From assembly GCA_013416795.1 (NCBI GenBank), contig RQSC01001207.1, positions 1 to 50,972 of the forward strand: a DNA stretch of 50,972 bases. The letters run 5' to 3'. The stretch is from Prasinococcaceae sp. CCMP 1430. Its lineage: Eukaryota > Plantae > Prasinodermophyta. Positions 49,400 to 50,972 of this stretch are shown one piece after another. Under the pieces are notes generated by a model. The model was not told the DNA's origin. It saw only the letters and a list, made by a program, of their open reading frames with translations, and ran no database searches. The first letter of the stretch is position 1; each line of letters begins with the position of its first letter. A program made the position numbers and the translations under genes.

Positions 49400-50765
49400 T
49401 CAGCGCGTCCCCGCGAGCTTGCGCCGCTTGTTGCGGCGCTCTATCTCGCGCAGCCTGTCCTGGACGCCACCGGCGCCCTTGCGCTCGCCCTTATCGGCCA
49501 AGGGTCGCATGGCAGCGCGGATGCACGTCCGCTGCTGCTCGCCCACCGGCCACTTCTCGGCGGCCTCGTCGGTCTGGAGGAAGAATATCGCCGTGTCGTA
49601 CGACGAGGGCCGCTCGCGCTCCGCCGCGGGCCGGGAGTGCTGCGCACCGTCTACATACACGTGCTCATCCGCCGGCAGCATCAGCGGTTCGCCGCGGCGG
49701 AACGTGCTCCCCATCAGCGCGCTGTAGAACTTGCATTCGCGCCACACAGGCACGACCACGGCGAAGGACAAGGCACGCGGCTTCCCGCGCTTGCCCCCGC
49801 CCTTGCCGTATCGCGAGGGTGCACCGGCGGCGGCAGCGCCGAGGAGGCCCTCGACGTGCTCAGCCATGGCTGACATCGTCTCCGGGACGAAGACGGGGTT
49901 GGCCTCGTACGAGCCGCGCTCCGGGTAGAAGTCGAGGAAGTTTCCGGACGATCCAAACGGCGCGTCCACATCGGCGAACGCGCTGCAGTACGAGCCGGTC
50001 CGGCAGTTGAGCGGGCTGGCGAAGCACTCCCCGCCTGCGCACACGGCCTCGCGCAGCGCATCGAAGCCTGCGGCGGGAACGGCACACTGGTAGCCCGCGC
50101 CGCCGACGGCGTCGTAGCGGCACAGGAGGCAGAAGAGCGCCCGCAGGAACTTCTGCTCTGCCTCGTCGACGGAGGCGGAGCGCGCGCCCGGCGGCAGGTT
50201 GCGCAGGTACAGAGTCTGCAGCTTGTCGAGGTGCGCCTCGGAGACGACGAAGTAGGGCTTTGCCTCGGGGTGGCCGAGGGCAACGTTGAAGAGCTCGCCG
50301 CGTCGCGTGCAGTGCACGCGCTCGAGCTCGTCTGCGCCGCCGCCGCCGCCCACCAACTTTGCGGCGGCCGCCTTGCCGGCCTTTGCGAGCGCTGCGGCCA
50401 CCTCCTGCGCCGCCCTGCCGCCCAGCGCGTGCCTCGAGAGGTCTCGCGCGAGGCCCGCGTCGGGAACGCCCGAGCACGGCAGCAGCAGCTCGCCACGCTC
50501 CCTGTCTTGGCGCAGCGCGTCGCGGCACGCCCAGCGCTCGTACGCGAGCGGAGGGACCTTGCCCGACGGGGCGCGCGCCCTCGGGCCGGCCTTGCCATCC
50601 TTGCTTCCCGCTCTGGCCGCCTCCTTGACGCCCTTCACCAGCCTCGACCGCAGCTTGGACGCCGCCGCGCGCCGCGCGAGGCGCCGCACCGACCGAATCC
50701 CAGACAGAAAAGATGCTCAACATCCACCCACACACCGACCCATCGATCGACCCACCCGACGACAT
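49400..50765 (-). CDS. PCIF1/CAPAM-like cap-specific adenosine N6-methyltransferase domain protein; 5' end unresolved
   Basis: CLLCRYD, ECFASPLNC, YCSAFADVDAPFGSSGNFL, GSYEANPVF, LSFAVVVPVW, HVYVDGAQH and TAIFFLQ follow the PCIF1 motif order. Coding frame is ORF 49400-50689. Confidence 0.82.
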
Positions 50766-50972
50766 GGCCGCGCGCCGCTCCGCTCGAGGAGCGCGTTCAC
50801 TGGATGAATGATGGGAAACTCGCGCCGCGCGCGCCGCTTCTCGGCCGAAGGCCCGCGGGGCGCGCGCGGGCTCCCGCCGATCGCGCCGATTTCAAGTCGC
50901 GTGCGCGCGCGCGCGCAGAGGGTGCTTCCGCGCGCGTGCGTGCGCCCGGGTGCGGGGGTTGAGGGGCTCGCA

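Noticed and set aside
1-50972. CRISPR arrays, rRNA/tRNA genes, transposases or retroelements
   Set aside because: No regularly spaced repeats, RNA-gene signatures, or transposase/RT/integrase motifs were seen, though tRNA-size genes could be missed by eye.

Overview
This is a very GC-rich (roughly 70% by eye, not computed), gene-dense eukaryotic nuclear segment with short GT-AG introns and CTGAC/CTAAC branch points. Gene content points to a green alga, probably an early-diverging prasinophyte-grade lineage (inference): OEP80/Toc75-V, a BASS transporter, plant-type MSH4 and UBP26, and double-AP2 transcription factors. About 21 protein-coding genes are supportable: endonuclease G, beta-adaptin, three secondary transporters plus a mitochondrial carrier, MSH4, SPATA4-like, WDR7-like, two head-to-head double-AP2 factors, a duplicated MerT-like/HMA fusion, a Cys-rich secreted protein, MATE, an ankyrin protein, OEP80, DDX27/DRS1, Nup93, USP48/UBP26, a soluble-transhydrogenase-like flavoprotein and a PCIF1/CAPAM-like protein. 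I saw no rRNA, tRNA, CRISPR array or transposon. Best leads: (1) a eukaryotic (MerT-like membrane module + HMA)x2 protein divergently paired with an uncharacterised CCWPCVCD secreted protein and next to a MATE exporter, a candidate metal-handling module; (2) an SthA/UdhA-like flavoprotein with a transit-peptide-like N-terminus; (3) a divergent AP2/AP2 pair around a 20-bp perfect palindrome; (4) a recurrent (GC)n-ACGC motif just inside unrelated introns; (5) a PCIF1 homolog with NPVF in place of NPPF. All family assignments come from motif recognition by eye; no database search was run.
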